Assembly: GCA_016202305.1 (NCBI GenBank)
Contig: JACQPB010000005.1
Span: 1-53,302, forward strand
Length of the DNA: 53,302 nt
Direction: 5' to 3'
Source of the DNA: Candidatus Iainarchaeum sp.
Lineage (GTDB): Archaea > Iainarchaeota > Iainarchaeia > Iainarchaeales > Iainarchaeaceae
Of the stretch, positions 40,184-48,501 are shown piece by piece. The notes under the pieces were generated by a model. The model ran no database searches, was not told the DNA's origin, and worked only from the letters and a program-made list of their open reading frames with translations. A program made the translations under genes and the position numbers. Positions within the stretch are counted from its first letter, which is position 1, and each line of letters opens with the position of its first letter.

Positions 40184-41184
40184 ACATGCCAGGAGACGCT
40201 GCTCCATCTTCAGGTTCAGGCCTCTACCTCAAGGCAGGCATTCTGGCTGCACTGCTGCTTGCACTCTATTTCCTGCTAATTTACCTCAACATAGTATCGT
40301 GCGGCCACCTGCATCCCGTGGTCTGCGACGTTTATTATTCGGTAATTTCGGGTGGCAAGCCTAAACTGCTAATAATTTCCGGCCAGGACGGCATCGGCGA
40401 CCCCGATTATTTCTATGAGATACTGAAAGGCCCGAGGTTTTCCGCATCCGTGAGGATGCGCGAGCTTAGCGTGACCTCCCTGCCTGAACTTTTGCAGTAC
40501 CAGATGGTAATAGTGGAACGGGCGAGGACAATGAAAATAGCGGACCACAGGATGTTCCTGGATTATGCAAACCGCGGAGGCAAGATAGTGTGGATTGCGG
40601 ATGCAGGCACGATGGCTACGCCCGATGAATCCGGCAGGAACTATTTCCTGGCTTATGGCGAGAGGAAAGCGGGAGGCAGCCCTTCCTACATAGGCCCATG
40701 GGCAAGGAAAGCAGGGAGCAAGCAGGTTTCGCTGGATTACATGCTCGGCGTGGAATACCTGGCCAATTACTGTGAACTCGCATCCGATTGCGGTGCCGGC
40801 AGCCTTGTAGGGTTCATGAATTTTTCTGACACCGGCAAGCGCCAGGTTTACGGCCTCTCCCAACAGCTCCCGTTTTATGGCGACTTTTCTATAGTGAGAC
40901 CCAACGAGAATGCATACCAGTCAGGCCTAGCGTACCTTGACTATGGGACAAGCCTCGTAGCTAAGCCGCCACAGGGCCACTTCTGGCTGCAGGGCCAAAG
41001 CACGAACTTCGGGAAGGAATTCCCGATGATGGTGTCAAGCGGCTATGGCTCGAGGGTCCTCTACTATTCGTTCCCGCCGGAATACCTTGTCAGCGAAAAA
41101 ATGCCCCTTGACCCGAAAACCGGGAAGAGGATAGCATACTGGGGCATAATAGAGGACATGTATTATGGGATGCTGTACAGGTGA
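40180..41184 (+). CDS. Membrane-anchored protein with class I GATase-like/GIFT-like extracellular domain
   Basis: N-terminal TM, then the flavodoxin-like pattern LLQYQMVIV...FLDYANRGGKIVWI; ATGA overlap with the upstream stop. Confidence 0.65.
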   Translation: MNMPGDAAPSSGSGLYLKAGILAALLLALYFLLIYLNIVSCGHLHPVVCDVYYSVISGGKPKLLIISGQDGIGDPDYFYEILKGPRFSASVRMRELSVTSLPELLQYQMVIVERARTMKIADHRMFLDYANRGGKIVWIADAGTMATPDESGRNYFLAYGERKAGGSPSYIGPWARKAGSKQVSLDYMLGVEYLANYCELASDCGAGSLVGFMNFSDTGKRQVYGLSQQLPFYGDFSIVRPNENAYQSGLAYLDYGTSLVAKPPQGHFWLQGQSTNFGKEFPMMVSSGYGSRVLYYSFPPEYLVSEKMPLDPKTGKRIAYWGIIEDMYYGMLYR

Positions 41185-41231
41185 AGTGCCTTTGGATCAA
41201 TGCCACACACTGCGTTTTTCCCATTGAGGAC

Positions 41232-41705
41232 TCACAACAAACGTTTTCTTCGACGAGCCAAATCAAGCCACTCTGACCTTACTTCTACTGACTGTCTAGT
41301 GGGTGAATGTAAGAGAAGATTATATTTTTTCAATCTATTCACCATGCGCTTACCTTTACCGTATATAACTCGGTACTCAAATTTTGTTGCGCCTTTCAGC
41401 ACTAAATCGTCCAGCAAAAATACTCCGGGAGGAACTTCAAACTCTTTCACAAACCGCTTTAAAATAGAAACATTTGCAAAGGAAATAATGCCATCAATAA
41501 GAATCGAGTCCGAAAATTTCCTGTACACGCAAGCTGAAACTAAAGTGTTTCCGAGGGCAATTCCAAAGGCTTGTTGTTCGCGTCCAAACGCCGAAGCAGC
41601 TGTAGTCGAACTATCCATAAAAAAATGGTCTGGAAGTTGTGACTTGAACTGGCCCTTTAGGTCTTCTTGCGTAACTCGCCTGAAAACATTTGGTTCATTA
41701 TCCAT
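41232..41705 (-). CDS. Orphan protein (possible GNAT-like fold) with basic C-terminus
   Basis: AT-rich ORF containing GIALGNTLVSACVY..ILIDGI and ending ARRRKRLL. Confidence 0.5.
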   Translation of the reverse strand: MDNEPNVFRRVTQEDLKGQFKSQLPDHFFMDSSTTAASAFGREQQAFGIALGNTLVSACVYRKFSDSILIDGIISFANVSILKRFVKEFEVPPGVFLLDDLVLKGATKFEYRVIYGKGKRMVNRLKKYNLLLHSPTRQSVEVRSEWLDLARRRKRLL

Positions 41706-41775
41706 ATTCAAGAATAAAGTCAAGGCAGTTTAAATGCCTTACGAAATCCCCAAGAGCCTGAAACGCTTTTTGCCC

Positions 41776-42444
41776 TCACTTTTCGCCCGCGAGCTTCATG
41801 TAGATTATCGCGCCGAGCACTGCCCCTGCCACGGGGCCGAGGAAGTATATCCAGAGCTGCTCAATGGCCTTTCCGCCGGCGAATACAGCAGGCCCTAAGG
41901 AACGCGCAGGGTTGAGCGACGCGCCGGAATATGGTATTGCAAAAAGGTGCGCCACGAGAAGGAAAAAGCCTATCGTGAGGCCCGCGTGGCCCGAATCAGC
42001 TTTTTTCGAGGTTGCAGACAGTATGACGACCATGAAAATTGCGGTCGCGATTATTTCAACAAGTGCCGCGGAAGCTGTGCCAAATTTGCCCGCAGTAGTT
42101 GCGCCTATTGAGGCCGATTGGGCTATGGCCCATAGTGAAGCGCTCGCAAGCAGCGCACCAAGGAACTGTGCTGCAATGTAAGTGAGCACTTTCCTGCCTT
42201 CAAAGCGGCGTGATGCCCAGAGCCCTATGGTTACAGCCGGGTTGAAATGGGCGCCGCTCGACTGCCCGAACGTGTTTATCAGCGTGACAAGGACAAGTCC
42301 CGCGGTCAATGCCACTGCAATGAGGTTCAGTGCGCCGAAATCGCCGCCGGTTAGTGAAAGGCTGCCGACTATGGAAGCAGTGATTGCAAAAACCAGCACG
42401 AAAGTGCCGAAAAACTCTGAAAGGACATCTTTTCCGAGCCGCAT
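41776..42444 (-). CDS. aqpZ: Aquaporin (MIP family)
   Basis: SGAHFNPAVT and GASLNPARSLGPA motifs. Confidence 0.93.
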   Translation of the reverse strand: MRLGKDVLSEFFGTFVLVFAITASIVGSLSLTGGDFGALNLIAVALTAGLVLVTLINTFGQSSGAHFNPAVTIGLWASRRFEGRKVLTYIAAQFLGALLASASLWAIAQSASIGATTAGKFGTASAALVEIIATAIFMVVILSATSKKADSGHAGLTIGFFLLVAHLFAIPYSGASLNPARSLGPAVFAGGKAIEQLWIYFLGPVAGAVLGAIIYMKLAGEK

Positions 42445-42481
42445 AAGTTCACACCTTACTATTCATACCGCCAAAAGTGAT

Positions 42482-43258
42482 TCATGGGCAACTGCCTGAA
42501 ACTCCTCCACCCTTCTCGAATTCGGCCGTGGAAAGCGTATATGTTTTCTCTACATATTGCTTGTTCCCGAAATCAATCTTGATTGTAGGCTTCGAGGGGC
42601 CATTGCCCAAAAACAGGAATGGTGGAGGCTCAACCCCCGGTATCTTGCTTATATAAAAATCAGTGTATGCCTGGCCTGCCTTGATGGTGAAGCTCTTAGT
42701 GGCATTACTGGTTATCTTGTCCGAAACCGAGCCGACGCTTGAAGATACGGTCAATATTCCATTGACCTCATAATCCGACGAGCCAGAATTCTTGAACTCT
42801 ATGTATTTGATGCCGAGGCCTTTCTTTCCTCCTTTTGTTATGCACTGGTAAAGCATGCTGCTTTCCACGATTGATATGTCAGGAGCCGCCTTGATTTCAG
42901 GAGGCTTGTCCTCGCACTTGCATGACTTGCACAGCTGGCTGGCAGAGCACTCCGAATCGGCCTCGCACGCTTCCCCCGTTTCCTTCACCTTGTTCCCGCA
43001 CACCGGGGCGGCCGGCTCTTTCTGGGAATTGGCATCCGCATTGGCGTTCGAATCCGCGCCGGAAACGGAATTGGAATCCTTGAGCTTGTTGGCATCAACC
43101 ACCACGGAATTGATTGCAGGGGTGTCGTCAGAGTTAGTGTCAGAATTGCCTGATGCAAGGAAAACGAATCCCGTGATTGCGACAAGCCCTATGAATGCCA
43201 CCACGAGGAAAATGAGAGCTGCGACAAGGGTCGCGGCAATGATTTTGTCTTTTTCCAT
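42482..43258 (-). CDS. Membrane-anchored protein with Ser/Asp/Asn linker and Cys-rich module
   Basis: N-terminal TM, then CGNKVKETGEACEADSECSASQLCKSCKC. Confidence 0.7.
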   Translation of the reverse strand: MEKDKIIAATLVAALIFLVVAFIGLVAITGFVFLASGNSDTNSDDTPAINSVVVDANKLKDSNSVSGADSNANADANSQKEPAAPVCGNKVKETGEACEADSECSASQLCKSCKCEDKPPEIKAAPDISIVESSMLYQCITKGGKKGLGIKYIEFKNSGSSDYEVNGILTVSSSVGSVSDKITSNATKSFTIKAGQAYTDFYISKIPGVEPPPFLFLGNGPSKPTIKIDFGNKQYVEKTYTLSTAEFEKGGGVSGSCP

Positions 43259-43363
43259 ATTACTAAAAATAGGCCAGAAAAGGTATTTAAACGAATTCTA
43301 TAATGTGCTGAGGCATCCTTAAATGCTTTGGGCCGCATAATCATTTCGGTAGATGCAAATGCT

Positions 43364-43484
43364 GCCCCTGTAGTATAGCCAGGACAGAATGCGGGCTTCC
43401 GGCCAACCTCATCGGCTAAAAAGAAAGGAAAGGTTTAAGGTTGGGAAAGAGCCTGAGACCCCGGTTCAAATCCGGGCAGGGGCG
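43364..43484 (+). tRNA. tRNA-Arg(CCG) with a 47-nt canonical 37/38 intron (43403-43449)
   Basis: Acceptor stem GCCCCTG/CAGGGGC, anticodon stem CGGGC/GCCTG, T-arm CCGG-TTCAAAT-CCGG. The BHB motif has central helix TTCC/GGAA, bulges GG^C and AG^A, and outer helix CAACC/GGTTG. CCA is not encoded. Confidence 0.92.
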
Positions 43485-43540
43485 AAATGAAAATTCCCGC
43501 AATGGAAGGTTAAAAAAACCGGTCCAATCATTTATTCTGC

Positions 43541-44476
43541 ATGGACCTGGCCCTTTCGCTGCTGGCTGTCATGGGCCTCGCTCTTTTCGAGATAATCACG
43601 TCAGTCGACAATGCCGTAATCAATGCCGATGTCCTGCGCACGATGTCTGAGCGCGCGAGGAAATGGTTCCTCATCTGGGGCCTGCTCTTCGCGGTCTTTG
43701 TGGTGAGGGGCATCCTGCCTTTCGTCATTTTCTGGCTCGCCAATCCCGGCATCGGGCCAGTGGAGGCCCTAACCGCTACCTTCAGCTCCGACCCTAAGGT
43801 CATGGAGTCCATTGAGCTTTCAAGGCCGATACTGCTACTTGCTGGCGGGGTGTTCCTTGTTTTCCTTTTCCTTCATTGGCTTTTCCTTGAGCCGAAGAAT
43901 TTCGGCTTGAGGGGCGAGGCCCGCATACAGAAGTACGGGATATGGTTCTTTGCCATAGTTTCCGTGCTGCTTGCCGCCATTGTCTGGATGTCAATAAACC
44001 GCGACCCCATGCTTGCGTTCGGCGCTGTTGTGGGCTCCACGGCATTCTTCATTGTGCATGGATTCAAGGAGAATGCGGCGGAGCAGGAAAAGAAGCTCAT
44101 GCACGGCCACCCGATGAGCGATTTCAGCAAAATCCTATACCTAGAGATAATAGACACGACGTTCTCGATTGACGGCGTGATAGGCGCATTCGCTTTCACG
44201 ATGTCTGTACCGCTCATACTCATTGGGAATGGCCTCGGTGCTTTCGTTGTAAGGGAGCTCACCATACACAACATCGAGAAGGTGAAGAAGTACAGGTACC
44301 TCAAGAACGGGGCCATGTACTCGGTGTTTTTCCTCGGGGCGATAATGCTCCTTTCAGGGTTCGGCATGCACATACCCGAATTCATCTCGCCAATAGTCAC
44401 GTTCGCTGTCATCGGCTATTTTTTCGTGAAGTCAAAGCGCGAGCTGGAGAGGGAAGCGGAATCAGGCGCAAGATGA
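43541..44476 (+). CDS. DUF475 / TerC-like integral membrane protein
   Basis: ITSVDNAVINA, LYLEIIDTTFSIDGVIGAFA and YLKNGAMYS motifs. Confidence 0.9.
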   Translation: MDLALSLLAVMGLALFEIITSVDNAVINADVLRTMSERARKWFLIWGLLFAVFVVRGILPFVIFWLANPGIGPVEALTATFSSDPKVMESIELSRPILLLAGGVFLVFLFLHWLFLEPKNFGLRGEARIQKYGIWFFAIVSVLLAAIVWMSINRDPMLAFGAVVGSTAFFIVHGFKENAAEQEKKLMHGHPMSDFSKILYLEIIDTTFSIDGVIGAFAFTMSVPLILIGNGLGAFVVRELTIHNIEKVKKYRYLKNGAMYSVFFLGAIMLLSGFGMHIPEFISPIVTFAVIGYFFVKSKRELEREAESGAR

Positions 44477-44540
44477 GAACACCGTGAAAAACCAAGGCCG
44501 TAATAGTTTAAATTCGCCTTTGACGATTAATTGTACAGTT

Positions 44541-45131
44541 ATGCCAATTGAAACGCTAGATGAAATAGTGGTTCCTGCGCCCAATCCACAAAGGCCGGAG
44601 GATGCCAGAAAGCAGGCATTGGAAGCCTTGAACTTGGCATTTGAACTTGCCGGAAGGAAGGTTGGCCTCATTAATTTATCCCAGATTCATTTGAAATTTC
44701 ACCGGCATTTTACGAGAGAGAACATAGCCGCTCTGGGAAAAAAATATCAGGTACAGCACGGAGTCTCACTGGGGCTATTTGGGAAAAAAGGGATGATAGC
44801 CCAATTGGAGTACATGGAAATCGGGGTAAGGGAATTCTTGCAGGAGCTTTCACGGGCAAATGCAGGCAAAAAAGTTGCCGCTCTTGTGGTAAACACTGTA
44901 ATGCCCAACATTGTCAGAAGCCTAGGGTCCCGCGGAGCAAGAATGGGGGAGCTTTCCCCGGCAGGCGCCCTCAAAATTTTTGAAAAAGTCAATAGTGAAA
45001 TGGGCCACCCGGTAGCAGTTATAGCTTCAGACCTTAGACACTTGGGAAAGCTGACCGGAAAGGCTCCACGGCTCAGCGTAAGAAGCCGGACCAATATCCT
45101 GAGAACCATGAGGCACTCGCCTCCGAGATGA
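44541..45131 (+). CDS. Orphan protein with Arg-rich C-terminus
   Basis: ATG at 44541 (MPIETL); ends RLSVRSRTNILRTMRHSPPR; lower GC than flanks. Confidence 0.55.
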   Translation: MPIETLDEIVVPAPNPQRPEDARKQALEALNLAFELAGRKVGLINLSQIHLKFHRHFTRENIAALGKKYQVQHGVSLGLFGKKGMIAQLEYMEIGVREFLQELSRANAGKKVAALVVNTVMPNIVRSLGSRGARMGELSPAGALKIFEKVNSEMGHPVAVIASDLRHLGKLTGKAPRLSVRSRTNILRTMRHSPPR

Positions 45132-45133
45132 GT

Positions 45134-46189
45134 CTAATCCTCCATTATTTCTTCCCTGACCCTCTCAAGCATTTTCTGCAAAAAATAAAGGTTATGGTAG
45201 CTCAGGTATTTTCCCGCATTCTCCTCTTTCGTGCGGAATAGATGGTGGATATAGGCCCGGGAATGGTTTGCGCATACCTGGCAGTCGCATGCGCTGTCCA
45301 GCGGCCCAATGTCTGCCCTGAATTTCGCGGAGTCAATGTTGATGTTGCCTGCCGAGGTGAATGCCCCGCCGTGCCTTGCCGTGCGCGTGGCGAAGCAGGA
45401 GTCGAAGCAGTCGATTCCGGCTGCAATGGCGCGCCTGAGCTCCTGTTCGTCCCCGACACCCATCATGTAGCGCGGCTTTTCCTCCGGCAGGAAAGGGAGC
45501 GCTGCTTCGGCCGCTGGGAATGTCTTCTCCTTCGGCTCGCCTATCACGAGGCCGCCTATGGCATAGCCGTCGAAATCGAGCGAGGTTATTTCCCTCGCGC
45601 TCTTTGCCCGGAGCTTCGCGTCCGTTCCGCCCTGGCATATGCCGAAAAGCATCTGTTTCCTGTTCGAGTGCGCCTCCCGGCACCTTTTTGCCCAGAGAGT
45701 GGTCCTCGCGACGGCCTCAGCCAGCCTTCCGGCGCCTTCATTCGCGCGTGGAACATCATCAAGGCACATTGCCACGTCACTGCAGAGCGCATTCTGTATG
45801 CTTATGGACTCTTCAGGGGTGAAGAGTGCCTGCCTGCCGGTGAAAGGGTTCCTGAACTGCACGCCCTCATCGCTGAGGCCGAGGCAGAATTCCCTGCTGA
45901 GCACCTGGAACCCGCCGGAATCTGTGAAGAGGCCCCTGCCCCACTGCATGAACCTGTGCAGGCCGCCATGCTTCGCTATGATTCCTGTTCCGGGCCTCAT
46001 CGAGAGTATGAATGCATTGGCAATGATGCACTCTATCCCCGCGGAAGAAACCTCCTCCATTGACAGCAGCTTTACCGACCCTTTCGTGGCCACGGGCATC
46101 AGGAAAGGAGTCTTCACGCGGCCATGGGAAGTCATCAGGGTGCCTGCGCGCGCCTTCCCGCTGACGGCCTCCAGCCTGAATCCGGACAT
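45134..46189 (-). CDS. tgt: tRNA-guanine transglycosylase (bacterial/eukaryotic queuosine type)
   Basis: TPFLMPVAT, TDSGGFQ, CQGG, GGLVIGE, PRYMMGVG, FDSCFATRTARHG and Zn site CDCQVC...H; there are no archaeosine-TGT C-terminal domains. Confidence 0.92.
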   Translation of the reverse strand: MSGFRLEAVSGKARAGTLMTSHGRVKTPFLMPVATKGSVKLLSMEEVSSAGIECIIANAFILSMRPGTGIIAKHGGLHRFMQWGRGLFTDSGGFQVLSREFCLGLSDEGVQFRNPFTGRQALFTPEESISIQNALCSDVAMCLDDVPRANEGAGRLAEAVARTTLWAKRCREAHSNRKQMLFGICQGGTDAKLRAKSAREITSLDFDGYAIGGLVIGEPKEKTFPAAEAALPFLPEEKPRYMMGVGDEQELRRAIAAGIDCFDSCFATRTARHGGAFTSAGNINIDSAKFRADIGPLDSACDCQVCANHSRAYIHHLFRTKEENAGKYLSYHNLYFLQKMLERVREEIMED

Positions 46190-46283
46190 GATTTACGTTT
46201 GCTGCATTGGGGTTTTAAGGTTTGCCCGGGGAATTTTTCAATGCAGGTCAACGATTAAAAACCCGCCCATATAATATTATTGT

Positions 46284-47687
46284 ATGGCCATGGAAATACT
46301 TTTCTCGGATGATTCCAATGGCATGCTCTCCGTGCAGTTCATGAATGAGGGAGACAAGAGGCCATTCAATTCCATGCCTGAATCCTTCACTGGAAAGAAG
46401 CTCGAGACCTTTTACCTGCCTGAAAAGGGCATTCTAGTCATAGGCCTAGGCAAGAAGGATGACTTCAAGGCAGATTACTATAGGCGGGCAGCCGCGAAGG
46501 CGGCAAAGCTCGCTTCATCCTACAAGATTCATGGCGTCGGTTTCGCGGCGGATTCGCTTTCCGAAAACGATGCAATTGCCATTGTGGAGGGCATGCTTCT
46601 TGGCAACTATTCTTTCGACAAGTACAAGTCTGATGACGGAAAGTTTTTCCGCGTCAGAAAAATCGCGCTCCCGACTTATGCCAAGAAGTACCACGAGTCT
46701 GTGCAGGCCGTGGCCAAGGTATGCACCAACGTGCACATGGTGCGCGACCTCGTTTCCGACAACAGTGATGTAGTGACCCCGGATTTCCTTGAGAAGACCG
46801 CAAGGGCAATTGCGAAGAAAAACCGGCTGCACATCACGGTGCTCCACGAAAAGGAGCTGAAAAGGCTCGGCATGAACCTGATTCTTGCGGTAGGCCAAGC
46901 CTCCGCCCAATCGCCCCGCATCATAGTGCTGGAGTACCATGGCAGCGAGTCCTCGCATGAAAAAGTCATGCTGGTAGGCAAGGGCATATGCTTCGACACC
47001 GGCGGCCTCGACATCAAGCCGCGCGACTCGATGCTTGATATGCGCATGGACATGGCCGGCGCGGCAACTGTTCTGGGCATAATGAAGAGTGCCGCAGAGC
47101 TCGGGCTCAGGAAGAACATCGTGGGCCTGCTTGCCGTCACCGAGAACCTCATAGGCGAGAAGGCCTACAGGCCTAAGGACATAATACGCGCTTATTCCGG
47201 CCTGACAGTTGAAAATTTCGACACCGATGCAGAGGGAAGGCTCGTGCTCGCTGACACGCTCAGTTACGGGGCCAGGAAGTTCAATCCGAAGCTCATTGTT
47301 GAATTCTCCACACTAACAGGCTCCATAGTGGGCACATTCGGCAGCCATGTAGCGGGAATGTTCGGCACAGGGAACGCGGCCGAGTACAAAAAGAAAATGT
47401 ATGACGCAGGGATGCAGACCTACGAGCGCGTCTGGGAGCTTCCGCTCTTCGAGGAATACCTCGACGAAACCGCTGGTGATCGCTCGGATTTGCGCTCGCT
47501 GGGGAAGACAAGGTATAATGGGGCAATCTTCGGTGCGGCATTCCTCACCAAATTCGTCGGGGACAGGCCATTCATACACATTGACGTGGCCGGCACGGCC
47601 ATGATAGACGAAGCCAAGGATTACATGCCGAAGGACGGCACCGGCTTCGGCGTGCGGCTTGCAATAGAGTTTTTGAAGAAGGTGTGA
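46284..47687 (+). CDS. pepA: Leucyl aminopeptidase (M17)
   Basis: VGKGICFDTGG, DMAGAA, DTDAEGRLVLAD, TLTG and HIDVAG motifs. Confidence 0.95.
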   Translation: MAMEILFSDDSNGMLSVQFMNEGDKRPFNSMPESFTGKKLETFYLPEKGILVIGLGKKDDFKADYYRRAAAKAAKLASSYKIHGVGFAADSLSENDAIAIVEGMLLGNYSFDKYKSDDGKFFRVRKIALPTYAKKYHESVQAVAKVCTNVHMVRDLVSDNSDVVTPDFLEKTARAIAKKNRLHITVLHEKELKRLGMNLILAVGQASAQSPRIIVLEYHGSESSHEKVMLVGKGICFDTGGLDIKPRDSMLDMRMDMAGAATVLGIMKSAAELGLRKNIVGLLAVTENLIGEKAYRPKDIIRAYSGLTVENFDTDAEGRLVLADTLSYGARKFNPKLIVEFSTLTGSIVGTFGSHVAGMFGTGNAAEYKKKMYDAGMQTYERVWELPLFEEYLDETAGDRSDLRSLGKTRYNGAIFGAAFLTKFVGDRPFIHIDVAGTAMIDEAKDYMPKDGTGFGVRLAIEFLKKV

Positions 47688-47763
47688 AGACTCTGCAAAA
47701 TCCTGGAAAGCGACATTAACAGGAACACTTGTTTTATAAAACTTTAATCCTCATTTTGGAAAC

Positions 47764-48171
47764 ATGCCAAGAAAAATTTTCGTGAACCTGCCAGTGAAAG
47801 ACCTCGACAAAACGAAGGTTTTCTTCGCAAAACTGGGGTTCTCATTCAACACACAGTTCACTGATAGCAACGCTGCATGCATGATTGTTTCGGATGACAT
47901 ATCCGTGATGCTCCTAGTGGAGAAATTCTTCAAGACTTTCACCAAAAAGGAAATCTGCGATGCCAAGAGAAGCACGGAAGTGCTGCTGGCCCTTAACGTG
48001 GAAGACAGGGCGAAGGTGGATGAAACGATAAAGCTCGCTCTTGCTGCAGGAGGAAAAGAGGCGAGGGAGCCACAGGAGCACGGCTGGATGTACGGGAGAA
48101 GCTTCGAGGACCTCGACGGCCACATATGGGAAATCTTCTGGATGGACGAAGGCGCGATGAACAAAAAATGA
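47764..48171 (+). CDS. VOC/glyoxalase family protein
   Basis: IFVNLPVKDL and MYGRSFEDLDGHIWE motifs. Confidence 0.9.
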   Translation: MPRKIFVNLPVKDLDKTKVFFAKLGFSFNTQFTDSNAACMIVSDDISVMLLVEKFFKTFTKKEICDAKRSTEVLLALNVEDRAKVDETIKLALAAGGKEAREPQEHGWMYGRSFEDLDGHIWEIFWMDEGAMNKK

Positions 48172-48204
48172 AAAATGAAATTTCTCTGGAATAAGAATAA
48201 TGCA

Positions 48205-48497
48205 TCAGGCATTCTTGGCAATTTTCTGCATCTTTTCCATCAACTCTTTTGTGGCCCAGTCTTCACCCTGATGCCTTTGAGGTGCCTGTCGTTGCTCCAG
48301 AGGTCTGTGCCAGCAGTTTCATGGGAGAGCTCCTCGAAATGTTTTAGCATTTCCCTGTTAACCCTGCCCGCAATCCCTTTTATGTCCTTTTCAGTTAGCC
48401 TACTGCCTGAGACAATATTTTCAGCCTCTCCACGGTCTTCAAGCTGCTGGCTAATTGCAGACTGTGCGACTTCCGACTCTTTTTTATTTCGAATCAT
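48205..48497 (-). pseudogene. Degenerate antitoxin + PIN-toxin (VapBC-like) remnant
   Basis: Antitoxin-like SEVAQSAI...SRLTEKDI; an overlapping ATG-AAA-CTG at 48322; PIN C-terminal LWSNDRHLK and a frameshifted WATKELME. The PIN core is missing. Confidence 0.5.
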
Positions 48498-48501
48498 TCA
48501 A

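Noticed and set aside
43441-43650. 69-aa ORF after the tRNA, and the tRNA as an integration site
   Set aside because: The ORF overlaps the tRNA 3' exon; I found no duplicate of the tRNA 3' end and no integrase in the window.
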